61,851 bases of DNA from a virus (Duplodnaviria; Caudoviricetes): the IMG/VR virus record IMGVR_UViG_3300014822_000022, positions 1-61,851 of that record, one strand, 5' to 3'. A program made the position numbers and the translations under genes. Below, one piece after another: positions 38,767-48,023 of the stretch (the stretch's first letter is position 1; each line of letters opens with the position of its first letter). Below the pieces are notes generated by a model, which was not told where the DNA came from, ran no database searches, and saw only the letters and a program-made list of their open reading frames with translations.

Positions 38767-39330
38767 ATGTTAGGGACAGCGCTTGCACTTGTATCTCAGT
38801 TTGCACCCTCAATCATCGGCATGCTGGCCGGCAAGAAGGCGGAAGAGAGAGCCGAGGCGGTGGTTGATGTGGCCAAGCGAATCACAGGCGCGGCCACCCC
38901 TGATGAAGCCCTGAAAACCATCGAAAATAATCCTGAACTCGCGGTACAGTTCAGGCGGCAGGCAGTACAGTTGGAAGAGGCATGGCTGAAAGAGCAGGCA
39001 GCCGTGTTCCAGACGATTTTTGCGAACGAGAAGGACAACCCGCACACCACCAGACCGAAAATCGCATGGTGCTCGTTTCAGATTCTCGCGGCCGGGACGA
39101 TGATTGTGCTCGGCTTGTGGGGCTATGCTGTTGGCGTAGAGAACAAGGATATGGTCAAGACAGTCATGGATGGCTGGCCGTTCGTGGTGGCTGTGCTGGC
39201 GCCGTTCGTGGCTCTTCTTCGTGCCTACTTCGGGATTCTGCGCGACGAGAAGAAGGCTCACTTGCAGGCCGGCACAGGGCAGCCGGTTCAGTCCGGGCTC
39301 GGCGCCATCATTCAGGCTTTCAGGAAATGA
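38767..39330 (+). CDS. Holin-like membrane protein
   Basis: N-terminal amphipathic segment, TRP motif then two TM helices ending AYFG; follows endolysin. Confidence 0.6.
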   Translation: MLGTALALVSQFAPSIIGMLAGKKAEERAEAVVDVAKRITGAATPDEALKTIENNPELAVQFRRQAVQLEEAWLKEQAAVFQTIFANEKDNPHTTRPKIAWCSFQILAAGTMIVLGLWGYAVGVENKDMVKTVMDGWPFVVAVLAPFVALLRAYFGILRDEKKAHLQAGTGQPVQSGLGAIIQAFRK

Positions 39331-39617
39331 GCGTGCAGAAACTGTCAGCCATTGTGGCGATTGCTGCAACGCTTGCGTCCGGCATCTACTGGATTTCTCA
39401 GAATGTTGTTTGGGCCGGCGACTACAGAGAGCATGTCAGGGCATCGGAAGAGCGCTGGATTATGTACCAGCAGGATAAGCTCTGGAGAGAGTACAGAGAG
39501 CTCAAGTCTCAAGATTTGTTGTCTCCGTTCGAAAAAGAAAGAATGGCGGCCATCGAGCGTGCCATGAGGGATAACGACATCCGCCTGAAATCACTCATGG
39601 GAGGTAGCGATGATTAA
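39327..39617 (+). CDS. Membrane-anchored coiled-coil protein of lysis cassette
   Basis: N-terminal TM; ATGA overlap with previous gene. Confidence 0.5.
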   Translation: MSVQKLSAIVAIAATLASGIYWISQNVVWAGDYREHVRASEERWIMYQQDKLWREYRELKSQDLLSPFEKERMAAIERAMRDNDIRLKSLMGGSDD

Positions 39618-39661
39618 GTCGATTTACATGAGCCCCGGCCGACTTGGGGTTGCCGCATACA

Positions 39662-39701
39662 TTTTTTCGTTCGCCTTGATTTCAAGGCCGAAGCGAAAAA
39701 A
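39662..39701. terminator. Probable bidirectional terminator
   Basis: T6-cgttcgccttga-tt-tcaaggccgaagcg-A6 imperfect inverted repeat between convergent operons. Confidence 0.6.
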
Positions 39702-39746
39702 GAGCCCTGATTAAGACCTTATCGAAACTGCAAGCACTTACGAAAA

Positions 39747-40214
39747 TTAGAACGGAATATCATCATCATACAGCCCGTCATCTGCTGGCGGCTCACTGCT
39801 GAAAGGGTCGCGTTGGTCTGAGGTTCCGGCTCTATTGGCGCCCCTCTCCGGTGTGGGTGAGGCGCGGCCGCCCCGATTGCCTTCCTCACCCTTGCCGCTC
39901 AGCATCTTCATGTTCGAAGCCTTGATTTCGGTTGTGTACCTATCATTGCCATCGCGGTCCACCCACTTCCGGGTTTCAATCTTCCCTTCGATATACACAC
40001 GAGCTCCTTTTTGCAGGTACTCGTTTGCAATCTCCGCAAGGCGACCCCAAAGAACGACCCTGTGCCATTCGACACGCTCCTGCATCTCGCCGTTCCTGTC
40101 CTTGAATCTTTCGGAGGTTGCCACGCGCAGGTTGCAGACACAGGTTCCATCCTGAATAAATCTGGTTTCAGGGTCCGAACCGAGGTTTCCAATCAGAATC
40201 GCCTTGTTAATCAT
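39747..40214 (-). CDS. ssb: Single-stranded DNA-binding protein
   Basis: [34 protein letters not shown]-terminal DDDIPF. Confidence 0.95.
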   Translation of the reverse strand: MINKAILIGNLGSDPETRFIQDGTCVCNLRVATSERFKDRNGEMQERVEWHRVVLWGRLAEIANEYLQKGARVYIEGKIETRKWVDRDGNDRYTTEIKASNMKMLSGKGEEGNRGGRASPTPERGANRAGTSDQRDPFSSEPPADDGLYDDDIPF

Positions 40215-40443
40215 AATTACCTCGCAGCACATATTGTGCGAAACTGCATTTTTCACCGAATTTATTGACGGCCTGCTTCCTCTTCGTTTCAATGCTGAAA
40301 CCAGCTTTTCTCAACTTATGGATGACGGACGACAGTCTGTAAACACCAAGCTCACTCCACGCCTCAACCGGGTCAACACTGCCGACAGCCATGAGATGCA
40401 TGACTACCCTTTCTTCCTGTTTCGACAAGCCTTTTGTCTTCAA
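40207..40443 (-). CDS. Small winged-helix DNA-binding protein
   Basis: [27 protein letters not shown] pattern. Confidence 0.7.
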   Translation of the reverse strand: MKTKGLSKQEERVVMHLMAVGSVDPVEAWSELGVYRLSSVIHKLRKAGFSIETKRKQAVNKFGEKCSFAQYVLRGNYD

Positions 40444-40454
40444 AGATTTTCTCC

Positions 40455-41576
40455 TTACGACACGACGATTGTGCGCTTCTTTGTCAGTTCAACTCCCGGG
40501 ATTTCCTTACCGGTAGCAACGGCCTTTTTGACTGCCGTTTCGTCCACAACGACCTTCTTATACTCAGCCGGCACAGCGTCAATATCAAGCACTTTTACCG
40601 ATACATTCTGCCTCACAGCCATCTTTCCTGTCGCACCCATGGCCACGAGCTCGCCCGTATCCTCAAGATACCCATCGACTTTCGATTTGAGAGCCGTGAG
40701 GCAGTCGCCCAACGGTTTCGAGAAAACCTTGAACTTATCGTTTATCTCCTTGATGTGCTTGTTGTGCGGTTCGACAATCTCCTTGCGCTTCGACTCCAGT
40801 TTCTTTTGAAGCTCCGCGATTGCCTTGCCAATATCGGCTGCCTTCGCGGCGCCACCTCCGTCCGAGACCTCAATCTCAGATGCTATCGCAATAAGGCCAT
40901 TCACAGCCTCCACGATGGTGGCGGGCACATCCTGAATCTCAATGGCCGGCGCGGCCTCTGTCGGGGCTGATTCCGCCACCATCCTTTCCACCTCAGATAG
41001 GCCATCTGGCCACTCGCGCGCTTCAACGCGGCGCCAGAACTCATCCAGTTTCTCTACCATTCTGGCGATGTACTTGTTGTCGCGCTTGATGACCTGCTCA
41101 TGGTACGGTTCATCGGCGCCGGGCTGATACGATACGAAGTACCACTCCTTGAAGCCGAACACATACATATTCTGCTGCATTTGATGGTAGTACGCCTGTT
41201 CGACAGTGCCCTTGCAGTGGTTGGCATGAACATCTTCGGATGTCGGACACTTGATTTCCACGCCGACCTTCTCCTTTCTGTTCACTCCATCGGCCGATGC
41301 GCGGATGTGGCGCCTCTGCCCGCACATAGGCACCACTTCAACCATGTGCTTTGCTTCGAATATCTCGCGCGCCACCTCTTCAAGCTCGCTTCCGCGACGC
41401 ATGGCTGCATTCTGGAAATCCTTGCGCTTCTTCTGACCTGTCTTCTCAAGCCACAAGTCGCGCGAGAAGTTCATGGCGCGCAGACCTTCCGAGGCACCAA
41501 TTCCTCCATTTCTCCAATCGTGCCATTCCGGCGAGCCCTGTTCGAGGTTTACAACTCTAAGTCTTGGGACTCCCAT
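40455..41576 (-). CDS. YqaJ/lambda-type exonuclease with C-terminal Gp157-like coiled coil
   Basis: QGSPEWHDWR, IGASE, ASADG, EIKCP, QMQQNM; C-terminal VPAEY...KAVATGKEIPGV. Confidence 0.85.
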   Translation of the reverse strand: MGVPRLRVVNLEQGSPEWHDWRNGGIGASEGLRAMNFSRDLWLEKTGQKKRKDFQNAAMRRGSELEEVAREIFEAKHMVEVVPMCGQRRHIRASADGVNRKEKVGVEIKCPTSEDVHANHCKGTVEQAYYHQMQQNMYVFGFKEWYFVSYQPGADEPYHEQVIKRDNKYIARMVEKLDEFWRRVEAREWPDGLSEVERMVAESAPTEAAPAIEIQDVPATIVEAVNGLIAIASEIEVSDGGGAAKAADIGKAIAELQKKLESKRKEIVEPHNKHIKEINDKFKVFSKPLGDCLTALKSKVDGYLEDTGELVAMGATGKMAVRQNVSVKVLDIDAVPAEYKKVVVDETAVKKAVATGKEIPGVELTKKRTIVVS

Positions 41577-41798
41577 TCCAATTCCTCCGATTCGTCCAAC
41601 TTTGGAATCATGTTGCTTTCAAGCGCATCTTCGACGCCGTACTGAATCTGGTCGCACACCTCTTCAACATCGGCGTATGTGAGATGCTTGTACCCCGACT
41701 CCTGCGGTCCGTTATTCCGAATCTCCAGACTCTGACGAATCCACAGCCTTAGTTCCGCCGCTATCGACTCCTTGATTTCCACTATTATTGCCATTCCC
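41549..41798 (-). CDS. Hypothetical protein overlapping recT 3' end (start approximate)
   Basis: ORF fills the gap between recT and exonuclease. Confidence 0.4.
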
Positions 41799-42680
41799 AT
41801 CCTCCACAATTTCAGCATCCTCTGCGGAATGCTTCTTGATGAACTCGATACACTCGTCGATGCTCATACCCTTGATTGAATGCACACCGATTGACTTCGC
41901 GTATGCCATCATGGGCTTGCCGGCGCGCGCAGCCTCTTCTTTCAGGATTCTGCCGACCTCCCGCTGCTTCTCAAGGAGTTCATCCTTGGCGGTACGCTCG
42001 GAGGTATCGCCGATGGCGGCATCCACCAGACCTTCGGTATCGTCGAGAACATGAACCGCCTGACTCAGGCGCTGAGTCTTCGGCCAATACTTGCTCGCGC
42101 GCTTAACAACGGTCTTCCTCGCCATCTCCGCATAATCCGTGACCCAAGGCCCGGTTGATGCCTTGGAGCGCTTGCGCACGGCGTCGATTTCATCCTTCGA
42201 CATGATTTCATGCATGGTAGTACCATCGGCAAGCGTGGCAACGCAATAGACGCCGAGGATGTCATCGTCGCTCTTGTTCTTGGAGAACGGGTTTGGCTTA
42301 TGCACGATGCGTTCTTCCGTACCCTGAATCACCTCGAAGAAGTCATCTCGATATACAACGCGAGAGACGACTGACTTCACGCTTCCTGAATCTGTTGCGA
42401 TTTTGATGAGGCCCATGTAGCTGATGTCCAGACATGCCCGACCACCACGAGGGACAAGATAGGCCAGTTTCATGGCCGGGTTCAGGGTGATGTCGATGAG
42501 CGCTACATTCTCGATGGCGCTGCGAAGGGAGGGAATCATGCCGGGCTTTTGCAGGGCTGGATTCGCCTCGACAATCTGCGCCGCAAAGCGCGCCTCTCGC
42601 TCAAAATCAACGCTCGCTCGCTTGAATGCCGGAGCGGCCTGCTTGATGGCGTGGATGTAGGGTTGGATGGCGTTTGACAT
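41712..42680 (-). CDS. recT: RecT-family single-strand annealing recombinase
   Basis: LNPAMKLAYLVPR, ISYMGL, PWVTDYAEMARKTVVKRASKYWP; RBS GGAGG. Confidence 0.9.
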   Translation of the reverse strand: MSNAIQPYIHAIKQAAPAFKRASVDFEREARFAAQIVEANPALQKPGMIPSLRSAIENVALIDITLNPAMKLAYLVPRGGRACLDISYMGLIKIATDSGSVKSVVSRVVYRDDFFEVIQGTEERIVHKPNPFSKNKSDDDILGVYCVATLADGTTMHEIMSKDEIDAVRKRSKASTGPWVTDYAEMARKTVVKRASKYWPKTQRLSQAVHVLDDTEGLVDAAIGDTSERTAKDELLEKQREVGRILKEEAARAGKPMMAYAKSIGVHSIKGMSIDECIEFIKKHSAEDAEIVEDGNGNNSGNQGVDSGGTKAVDSSESGDSE

Positions 42681-42704
42681 TGTGACCTCCTGCCGAGAAC
42701 GGCC

Positions 42705-42733
42705 AAACTACCCTAATGAGAATCAGTTGTCAA
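42705..42733 (-). promoter_or_regulatory. Sigma70-type promoter for recombination operon
   Basis: TTGACA-17-TAGTTT on - strand just upstream of recT. Confidence 0.65.
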
Positions 42734-42775
42734 CATGCAATGGTGGTCACAACGATTGACGAAAGAATGTTGCGC

Positions 42776-42803
42776 TTGACATAGGGGAGTCGGTGAATAT
42801 ATT
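42776..42803 (+). promoter_or_regulatory. Sigma70-type promoter for replication operon
   Basis: TTGACA-16-TATATT, divergent from recT promoter. Confidence 0.6.
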
Positions 42804-42911
42804 TCGGGAGTAGCGGCTATATCGCGGGTCGCTCCCGCGATGAAGCAACCTCCCCCTCGGTGGCGCGCCGCTCCTTTTTCTTCTATCTCAGGAGGGGGGT
42901 GGCGAGGGGAT

Positions 42912-43115
42912 ATGAGCAGCAAAGAGGCAATCGAATCAATAGCTCCCGGGAGCGCTAGAGTCACAACCTCAAACGGCGATGTTTACGAGCACGCATCCAT
43001 AATCTCCGTCGAGAGATACACAATCCAAGCAGTTGTTGATGGCTCTCCGATTGTGTTCTTCAAGGCCGGAATTGTATCCATCGAGGATGAACGTCAACAC
43101 AGGACAGCCAACTAA
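42912..43115 (+). CDS. Hfq/Sm-like small protein
   Basis: 67 aa; VTTSNG...IISVERYTI...VFFKAGIVSI matches by eye Hfq IYLVNG...IESFDQFVI...MVYKHAISTV. Confidence 0.55.
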   Translation: MSSKEAIESIAPGSARVTTSNGDVYEHASIISVERYTIQAVVDGSPIVFFKAGIVSIEDERQHRTAN

Positions 43116-43946
43116 ATGGAAAACGGCTATGTGCTGTTGTCCCGTTCGCTATGCGAGCACTGGATGATTGCCTCCGACCATGATGCTCTGGCGGTCTTTA
43201 TCTATATCCTACTCAACGCGCGGCATAAAGAAGGAACGGCAGTCATTGACGGGTCCATTGAGACCCTTCGGCCGGGTGAGCTTATCGGTGGTCGCAAGCG
43301 CATCGCTCAGGCCACAGGGCTCACCGAAAAGCAGGTGAGAAGAATTTTGAGGTTGCTGGAAAAGGGCGGAATTACGGCCAGCAGAACGGCCAATGGAAGG
43401 GCCAATGGTGTGGGGATAATTTCCCTTGTAAATTGGGAACTTTACCAAACCGAGGTGAATTATAGGGCCAACAAAGGGGCCAGCAGACGGGCGCACGAAG
43501 GGCCAACGAAGGGCCAACGAAGGGCCACAAACAAGAATGGTAATAAGAGAGATATATTAGATGTTGGAGATAGTGATAGGTATGGAGATAATGGAAAGGT
43601 AGATACCGATTCGGGCGAATCGGTTTATCTGACTCGCAAGCGTCGCAAGCTGACAGGGAAGCGGCTTGAGACGTTCAACATGTTTTGGGATGCGTTCGAC
43701 TACAAGGTTGGCAAAGCGGATGCGGCCGATGCTTGGCTGGATATTCCGAACATGACCATGGCTCTGGTCCACAAGATAATCGCTGCGGCGAGAGTCGAGG
43801 CAGCCCGTCGCGTCAACGTGGAGAATCCCAAGATGGCTCAGGGATGGTTGTCGGCTCGCCGATGGGAGGATGAGTTGCTGTCTGGAAGCCCGCCTGCCGC
43901 AACCCATAGGGGGTACTCCGAAGGGAAAAAGAAGGAGGCGTTGTGA
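43116..43946 (+). CDS. Phage replication initiator protein
   Basis: GYVLLSR N-terminus, wHTH (IAQATGLTEKQVRRIL), ISLVNWELYQ, C-terminal FNMFWDAF...GWLSARRWEDE; precedes DnaB. Confidence 0.8.
   Translation: MENGYVLLSRSLCEHWMIASDHDALAVFIYILLNARHKEGTAVIDGSIETLRPGELIGGRKRIAQATGLTEKQVRRILRLLEKGGITASRTANGRANGVGIISLVNWELYQTEVNYRANKGASRRAHEGPTKGQRRATNKNGNKRDILDVGDSDRYGDNGKVDTDSGESVYLTRKRRKLTGKRLETFNMFWDAFDYKVGKADAADAWLDIPNMTMALVHKIIAAARVEAARRVNVENPKMAQGWLSARRWEDELLSGSPPAATHRGYSEGKKKEAL
43375..43605 (+). repeat. Iteron-like repeats plus AT/purine-rich tract: probable replication origin
   Basis: ACGAAGGGCCA x3 tandem at 43495-43527, further GGGCCAA/GGCCAGCAGA copies upstream; lambda-O-like location inside initiator gene. 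Confidence 0.65.
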
Positions 43947-45172
43947 GTAAAATTGCTGAGCGCGCGTTCATTGCGAATGCCATTGTGTTCGGAGGGCATG
44001 ATGAATTTGCCCTGACACCGGACCATTTCGAGGACAGGCTGTGCTCCGAGGTCTGGCGCGAGATAATGGACGCCAGCGAAATAAGCACACTCGAACTGAG
44101 CAAGAAGTTCGGCGAGGCGCCACTTTCAAAGCTGATTGAGTGCGCCCAAGCGCACAGCAAGATGCCCGAGCTTTACAAAGACATTGTTGATGACCACGAG
44201 AGGCGCCAGTTTATCCGTGAAATCGAACTTGCGAAGGAGATGGTGTCGAAAGGAGCCCCGTTAGAGGACGTACAATCGACGCTGAGCGGTTTTTCACCGT
44301 CGAGTAGTGGTGTGGGTGCCATGACACTCGCAGAAGGGCTTAGAGAGGCTTACAGCGAGATTGAAGCCATCAGTCAGGGCGGGAAGGACTGCCGGTTGTA
44401 CATACCGACAGGAATCAAGAGCTTTGATGATGTGTTCTTCGGGCTTGAGCGCGGCGCCTACACCGTGATTGCCGGCCGGCCATCGCAAGGAAAGACGGCG
44501 CTGGCTACAAAGATTGCGACGGAGATTGCGCTGTCGGAATATAACGTGTTGATGTTGACCCTTGAGATGAGCAGGCAATCCTTGGTGTACAGGATTCTGT
44601 CATCCTATGCTGGCCTTGACCTCCAGTTGCTGCGAAAGGGCGCGGTGAAATCCCCAACAGCGTGGTCGAATCTTGCCAACGGCGTTCAGAAACTGGTTGG
44701 CGCAAACCTGTGGATTGATGATGAGCCGTTGATGACAGCAGGAAAGATTGCAGCCAAGGCCAGAAGGCACAAGCGGATTCATGGTCTGGACGTTCTGGTT
44801 ATTGACTACATTGGACTTGTCAATGGCGAGGGAATGGGCGAGAAGCGGCACGAGCAGGTGTCGGAAATATCGCGTCGAATGGCAAGTCTGAGCAAGGAAC
44901 TGGATTGCGCGGTGGTAGTGCTTTGCCAGCTTGGGCGCGATGTCGAGAAGCGTGTCGATAAGCGTCCGCTGATGTCTGACCTGAGAGATTCCGGCTCGAT
45001 TGAGCAGGATGCAGATGTCATCATGTTCGTGTACCGGGATGAATACTATCACCCGAAGCCGGAGAACAGGGGCATCGCGGAGGTTATCGTGTCGAAGAAT
45101 CGCAATGGCCCCGTTCACACCGTGAAGCTCCATTTCAGACATGACACAGCAACATTCGAGTCATTCAAGTAG
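43943..45172 (+). CDS. dnaB: Replicative DNA helicase
   Basis: AGRPSQGKT, LEMS, IDYIGL, QLGR, DLRDSGSIEQDAD, KNRNGP. Confidence 0.95.
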   Translation: MSKIAERAFIANAIVFGGHDEFALTPDHFEDRLCSEVWREIMDASEISTLELSKKFGEAPLSKLIECAQAHSKMPELYKDIVDDHERRQFIREIELAKEMVSKGAPLEDVQSTLSGFSPSSSGVGAMTLAEGLREAYSEIEAISQGGKDCRLYIPTGIKSFDDVFFGLERGAYTVIAGRPSQGKTALATKIATEIALSEYNVLMLTLEMSRQSLVYRILSSYAGLDLQLLRKGAVKSPTAWSNLANGVQKLVGANLWIDDEPLMTAGKIAAKARRHKRIHGLDVLVIDYIGLVNGEGMGEKRHEQVSEISRRMASLSKELDCAVVVLCQLGRDVEKRVDKRPLMSDLRDSGSIEQDADVIMFVYRDEYYHPKPENRGIAEVIVSKNRNGPVHTVKLHFRHDTATFESFK

Positions 45173-45181
45173 GAGGACGCA

Positions 45182-45517
45182 ATGAGTCTGGATGCGAAAG
45201 AGGTTGCATATTATTCGGTGGAGCACGGGTTTACCGAGACATGCAAGAAGTTCAGGTGTTCGCGCAGCACGGTGGTTAAGGCAAGGCAGAAGTTTGGCAT
45301 CAGGGAGCAGACCAAGACTGATGCCTTTGAGCGCGCCATGAGAGACGTTCGCGCCGGCATGAGCAGAGCGGAGGCAGCGCAGAAGCATGGCGTGAGCGTA
45401 TCCCGGCTTGGTGAGTATCTTCGCGGCAAGGTCAAGCGTTCGTCCAGCAAGTTCTACGCCAGCGATAGCGCCAGACTCCACCCCGCATTGCTGTTGTTCA
45501 AAAGGAGGGCCAAGTGA
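45182..45517 (+). CDS. HTH-containing protein
   Basis: Two HTH-like segments (KFRCSRSTV; SRAEAAQKHGVSVSRL). Confidence 0.55.
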   Translation: MSLDAKEVAYYSVEHGFTETCKKFRCSRSTVVKARQKFGIREQTKTDAFERAMRDVRAGMSRAEAAQKHGVSVSRLGEYLRGKVKRSSSKFYASDSARLHPALLLFKRRAK

Positions 45518-45723
45518 GCGCATACAAATGTTTTCGTGGAGCCAAGGAGAAGCGCAGCAGGCTGTCACGCTATCTGGCTCCAGATGGGTTCACGTTTAAC
45601 GGGCCATTCCACCGCATTCAGAAACTGGTTCGGATTGAGACGAAGTGGAAGGACATCGACTGCGGGCACATCACGAGCAATATCGACCCGAACTGTGAGG
45701 GTTGCTGGTTTCGCAGACCGTGA
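45514..45723 (+). CDS. Small Cys-containing hypothetical protein
   Basis: RBS GGAGG, GTGA overlap, DPNCEGC. Confidence 0.45.
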   Translation: MSAYKCFRGAKEKRSRLSRYLAPDGFTFNGPFHRIQKLVRIETKWKDIDCGHITSNIDPNCEGCWFRRP

Positions 45724-45891
45724 GGCCAACGGGATTCAACAGCGCCGGAACCTGTGAAGGTTGTGGCAAGTGGCGCTCGATTCGGGATGCCTACACCATA
45801 AGCAAGGACGGAAAGTGGTGGGGGAACGGGCTTAGTGATGCCTCTTTATGCAGGGAGTGTCATCGCAAGCGCAAGCAGAAAGGAGAAAAGG

Positions 45892-46230
45892 ATGAGGGAT
45901 AAGGAATACTTGAAGCCCAAGGACGGCCAGTTGTGCGCCTACCACTACCTTGGCGGTTGTATGGGCGATGTGGTTTTTCATCACATCCGCGTCAAAGGTC
46001 TTTGTGGGGTTGGGTTGAAGATGGAGGATGAGTTTACCATCCCCGTGTGTTGGCTGCATCACCGGGCCTGTGACGCCCGCACCATCCCGACGCATGACCA
46101 ACTGAAAGAGATGCTGTGGTTCTGGTTTGGAACGATTGCTGAGCGCGATGGTTTGGCGCCGGCACTGCAAGCGTTTGGCGATGCCTACGTGGCAATACTG
46201 AAAGGAGGCAACAATGCAGAATCCGTTTGA
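45892..46230 (+). CDS. DUF968/Ref-like HNH-type zinc protein
   Basis: C...C, HHIR, GVGLK...D.FTIPVCWLHH motif. Confidence 0.6.
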   Translation: MRDKEYLKPKDGQLCAYHYLGGCMGDVVFHHIRVKGLCGVGLKMEDEFTIPVCWLHHRACDARTIPTHDQLKEMLWFWFGTIAERDGLAPALQAFGDAYVAILKGGNNAESV

Positions 46231-46690
46231 TGTGGAGGGCTCAACAATCAATATCGAGATGATGAACCCCAATTTGGCATTCAAGAGCTTGAAGTCCGGT
46301 GACAGGTTCTTGTTGACCGTGGAGATTAAGAAGGAGGTGTGGGAGTTGTTGCAGGAGTGTCGAAGCAGGTCCGGTATGCTTCTGGATGCCGATGTGACCG
46401 TGGTTGCTGTGAACGCACAAGGAGCAGCGAAGCCGGATGAGAGGGTTGCGCCGAAGAGGCTCACGCCGGCGAACATTCTGCATCAGACATTCCTCAAACT
46501 GCCCGAGTTTTGGGAGTTCGTGAGTGAGGTGACTGGCGAACTGATTGAAAACGATGTGGAGTGCAAGGCCGCCCTGAAACGCTTTCTGGATGTTGGTTCG
46601 CTGTCAGATGTTGACGAGCAGGCCATGACAAAACTCATGGCAACCTTCAAGCGATTCTGCGAGAATCACGGGTATGTCAGCGACGAGTAA
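46214..46690 (+). CDS. Hypothetical protein
   Basis: 158 aa; RBS GGAGG; coupled to neighbours. Confidence 0.6.
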   Translation: MQNPFDVEGSTINIEMMNPNLAFKSLKSGDRFLLTVEIKKEVWELLQECRSRSGMLLDADVTVVAVNAQGAAKPDERVAPKRLTPANILHQTFLKLPEFWEFVSEVTGELIENDVECKAALKRFLDVGSLSDVDEQAMTKLMATFKRFCENHGYVSDE

Positions 46691-47057
46691 ATACCGGAAC
46701 AGAAAGATTGAGGTCGATGGTTTAACATTCGATTCGGAAGGTGAGGCTCAGCGCTGGTTTGAGCTCAAGTATCTGGAGAGAGCCGGCGCAATATCCGACT
46801 TACGCCGTCAGGTTCCGTTCGAGCTCCAGTCTGGATTCAGGTACAACGGGGTTTCCTACAGGCCGATTCGGTGGGTTGTCGATTTCGCCTATAACAAGGA
46901 TGGCATGCCCTGTGTGGAGGACTTCAAGCAGCCCAAGACCGCAAGTGAGGCAACATTCAGATTGAAACTGAGGATGTTCCTGTACCAATACGGGGCCACC
47001 TACAATGTGTTCATCAGCCAGAAGTCGCGTGGACGGATAACTGTGGCGCGCGTTTGA
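46674..47057 (+). CDS. DUF1064-family PD-(D/E)xK nuclease
   Basis: KYRNRK...DGLTFDSEGEA, RQVPFEL, VDFAY, VEDFK. Confidence 0.85.
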   Translation: MSATSKYRNRKIEVDGLTFDSEGEAQRWFELKYLERAGAISDLRRQVPFELQSGFRYNGVSYRPIRWVVDFAYNKDGMPCVEDFKQPKTASEATFRLKLRMFLYQYGATYNVFISQKSRGRITVARV

Positions 47058-47082
47058 CTTTATATTCACTTTCGATTACAGT
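47054..47082 (+). promoter_or_regulatory. Putative sigma70 promoter
   Basis: TTGACT-17-TACAGT upstream of tandem-HTH gene. Confidence 0.5.
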
Positions 47083-47104
47083 TCGTTGCTCAGAGGAATA
47101 CTTG

Positions 47105-47506
47105 ATGGCTACTTCTATACCGATTTCTCAGGATGAAATGTCATCCATGCTGAAAGCCGCGCGCCTGTCCAAGCAGGAATTGGCAGAACGGCTTGGCCAC
47201 TGGTCGCACGCCGCGTCGAGATGGAAAGACTCGGTGCCAACCTATGTGGTCGAGTACCTTCGCATTCGTGGCTGCATATTCGGCATTGTGGAGCATATCG
47301 AGTATGGCACGGTGCCGAAGTCGTTTGACTTCATTGGCGCGCTCAAGGAAATGAAGCTCAAAAAAGCAGAACTGGCCCGAATCCTTGGCGTATCCAAGCA
47401 TTCTGTGACACGTTGGGGCAATGAGCCGCCGCAGTATGCCCTTGAATATGTGTACTGTCGGTGGTTGATGGAGAGGTGTATCAATGGATACGAAAGAGCA
47501 GAATAA
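47105..47506 (+). CDS. Tandem XRE/Cro-like HTH regulator
   Basis: Two copies of L.K.ELA..LG.....s.W....P.Y..EY. Confidence 0.7.
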   Translation: MATSIPISQDEMSSMLKAARLSKQELAERLGHWSHAASRWKDSVPTYVVEYLRIRGCIFGIVEHIEYGTVPKSFDFIGALKEMKLKKAELARILGVSKHSVTRWGNEPPQYALEYVYCRWLMERCINGYERAE

Positions 47507-47723
47507 TCAGCAGTCGGTGTGTGAACGTCAGGCTTCGAGCCTGCAAGCTGCCGTGACGCTTCTCACGGATGGTATCAATGCCACCTTGCAGGCTATGGGT
47601 AGCATGGAGAAGATTATCCAGCAGCAGCACGAGCAGATTCAGCGACTGAACGCTGAAATCGCAGCGATGAACAAGGAGTCGAGAGGCGAGCCCACGGTTG
47701 AAAGCGAGCCGGCAGAAGGATAG
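47484..47723 (+). CDS. Small coiled-coil protein
   Basis: 79 aa, Gln/Glu heptads, RBS GAGG. Confidence 0.5.
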   Translation: MDTKEQNNQQSVCERQASSLQAAVTLLTDGINATLQAMGSMEKIIQQQHEQIQRLNAEIAAMNKESRGEPTVESEPAEG

Positions 47724-47782
47724 GATAGCCATCACCGCCTGCCCCACCCTCCCTCCAGCATCCCTATGGCAGCGGTGAATAA

Positions 47783-47813
47783 GAAAGGCCCGCATTTCGC
47801 GGGCCTTTCGTTT
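47783..47813. terminator. Probable bidirectional terminator
   Basis: GAAAGGCCCGC-atttc-GCGGGCCTTTC between convergent operons. Confidence 0.75.
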
Positions 47814-47827
47814 GGCGCCTTAACTAG

Positions 47828-48022
47828 CTATTCCGCAAGACCATTCTCAACCATGTTGACAATAGCGATTTCGTTCGCTTCATCCGTTGAAGCGACAGCA
47901 TCCGGGTTGTTCATGGCCCACCGTTCGGCATCTTCCCTTGTCCGAAACCATTTCACCGGCTCGGCGTAGGAGTTTGCATTAACCGCATAGGCGTCACCAA
48001 CTTTGAAGACTGGACTTTTCAT
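47828..48022 (-). CDS. Small early hypothetical protein
   Basis: RBS GGAGGT; 64 aa. Confidence 0.55.
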   Translation of the reverse strand: MKSPVFKVGDAYAVNANSYAEPVKWFRTREDAERWAMNNPDAVASTDEANEIAIVNMVENGLAE

Positions 48023-48023
48023 T

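Noticed and set aside
42840-42911. Upstream in-frame extension of the Hfq-like ORF
   Set aside because: No SD at 42840; the SD-preceded ATG at 42912 gives an Sm-sized protein
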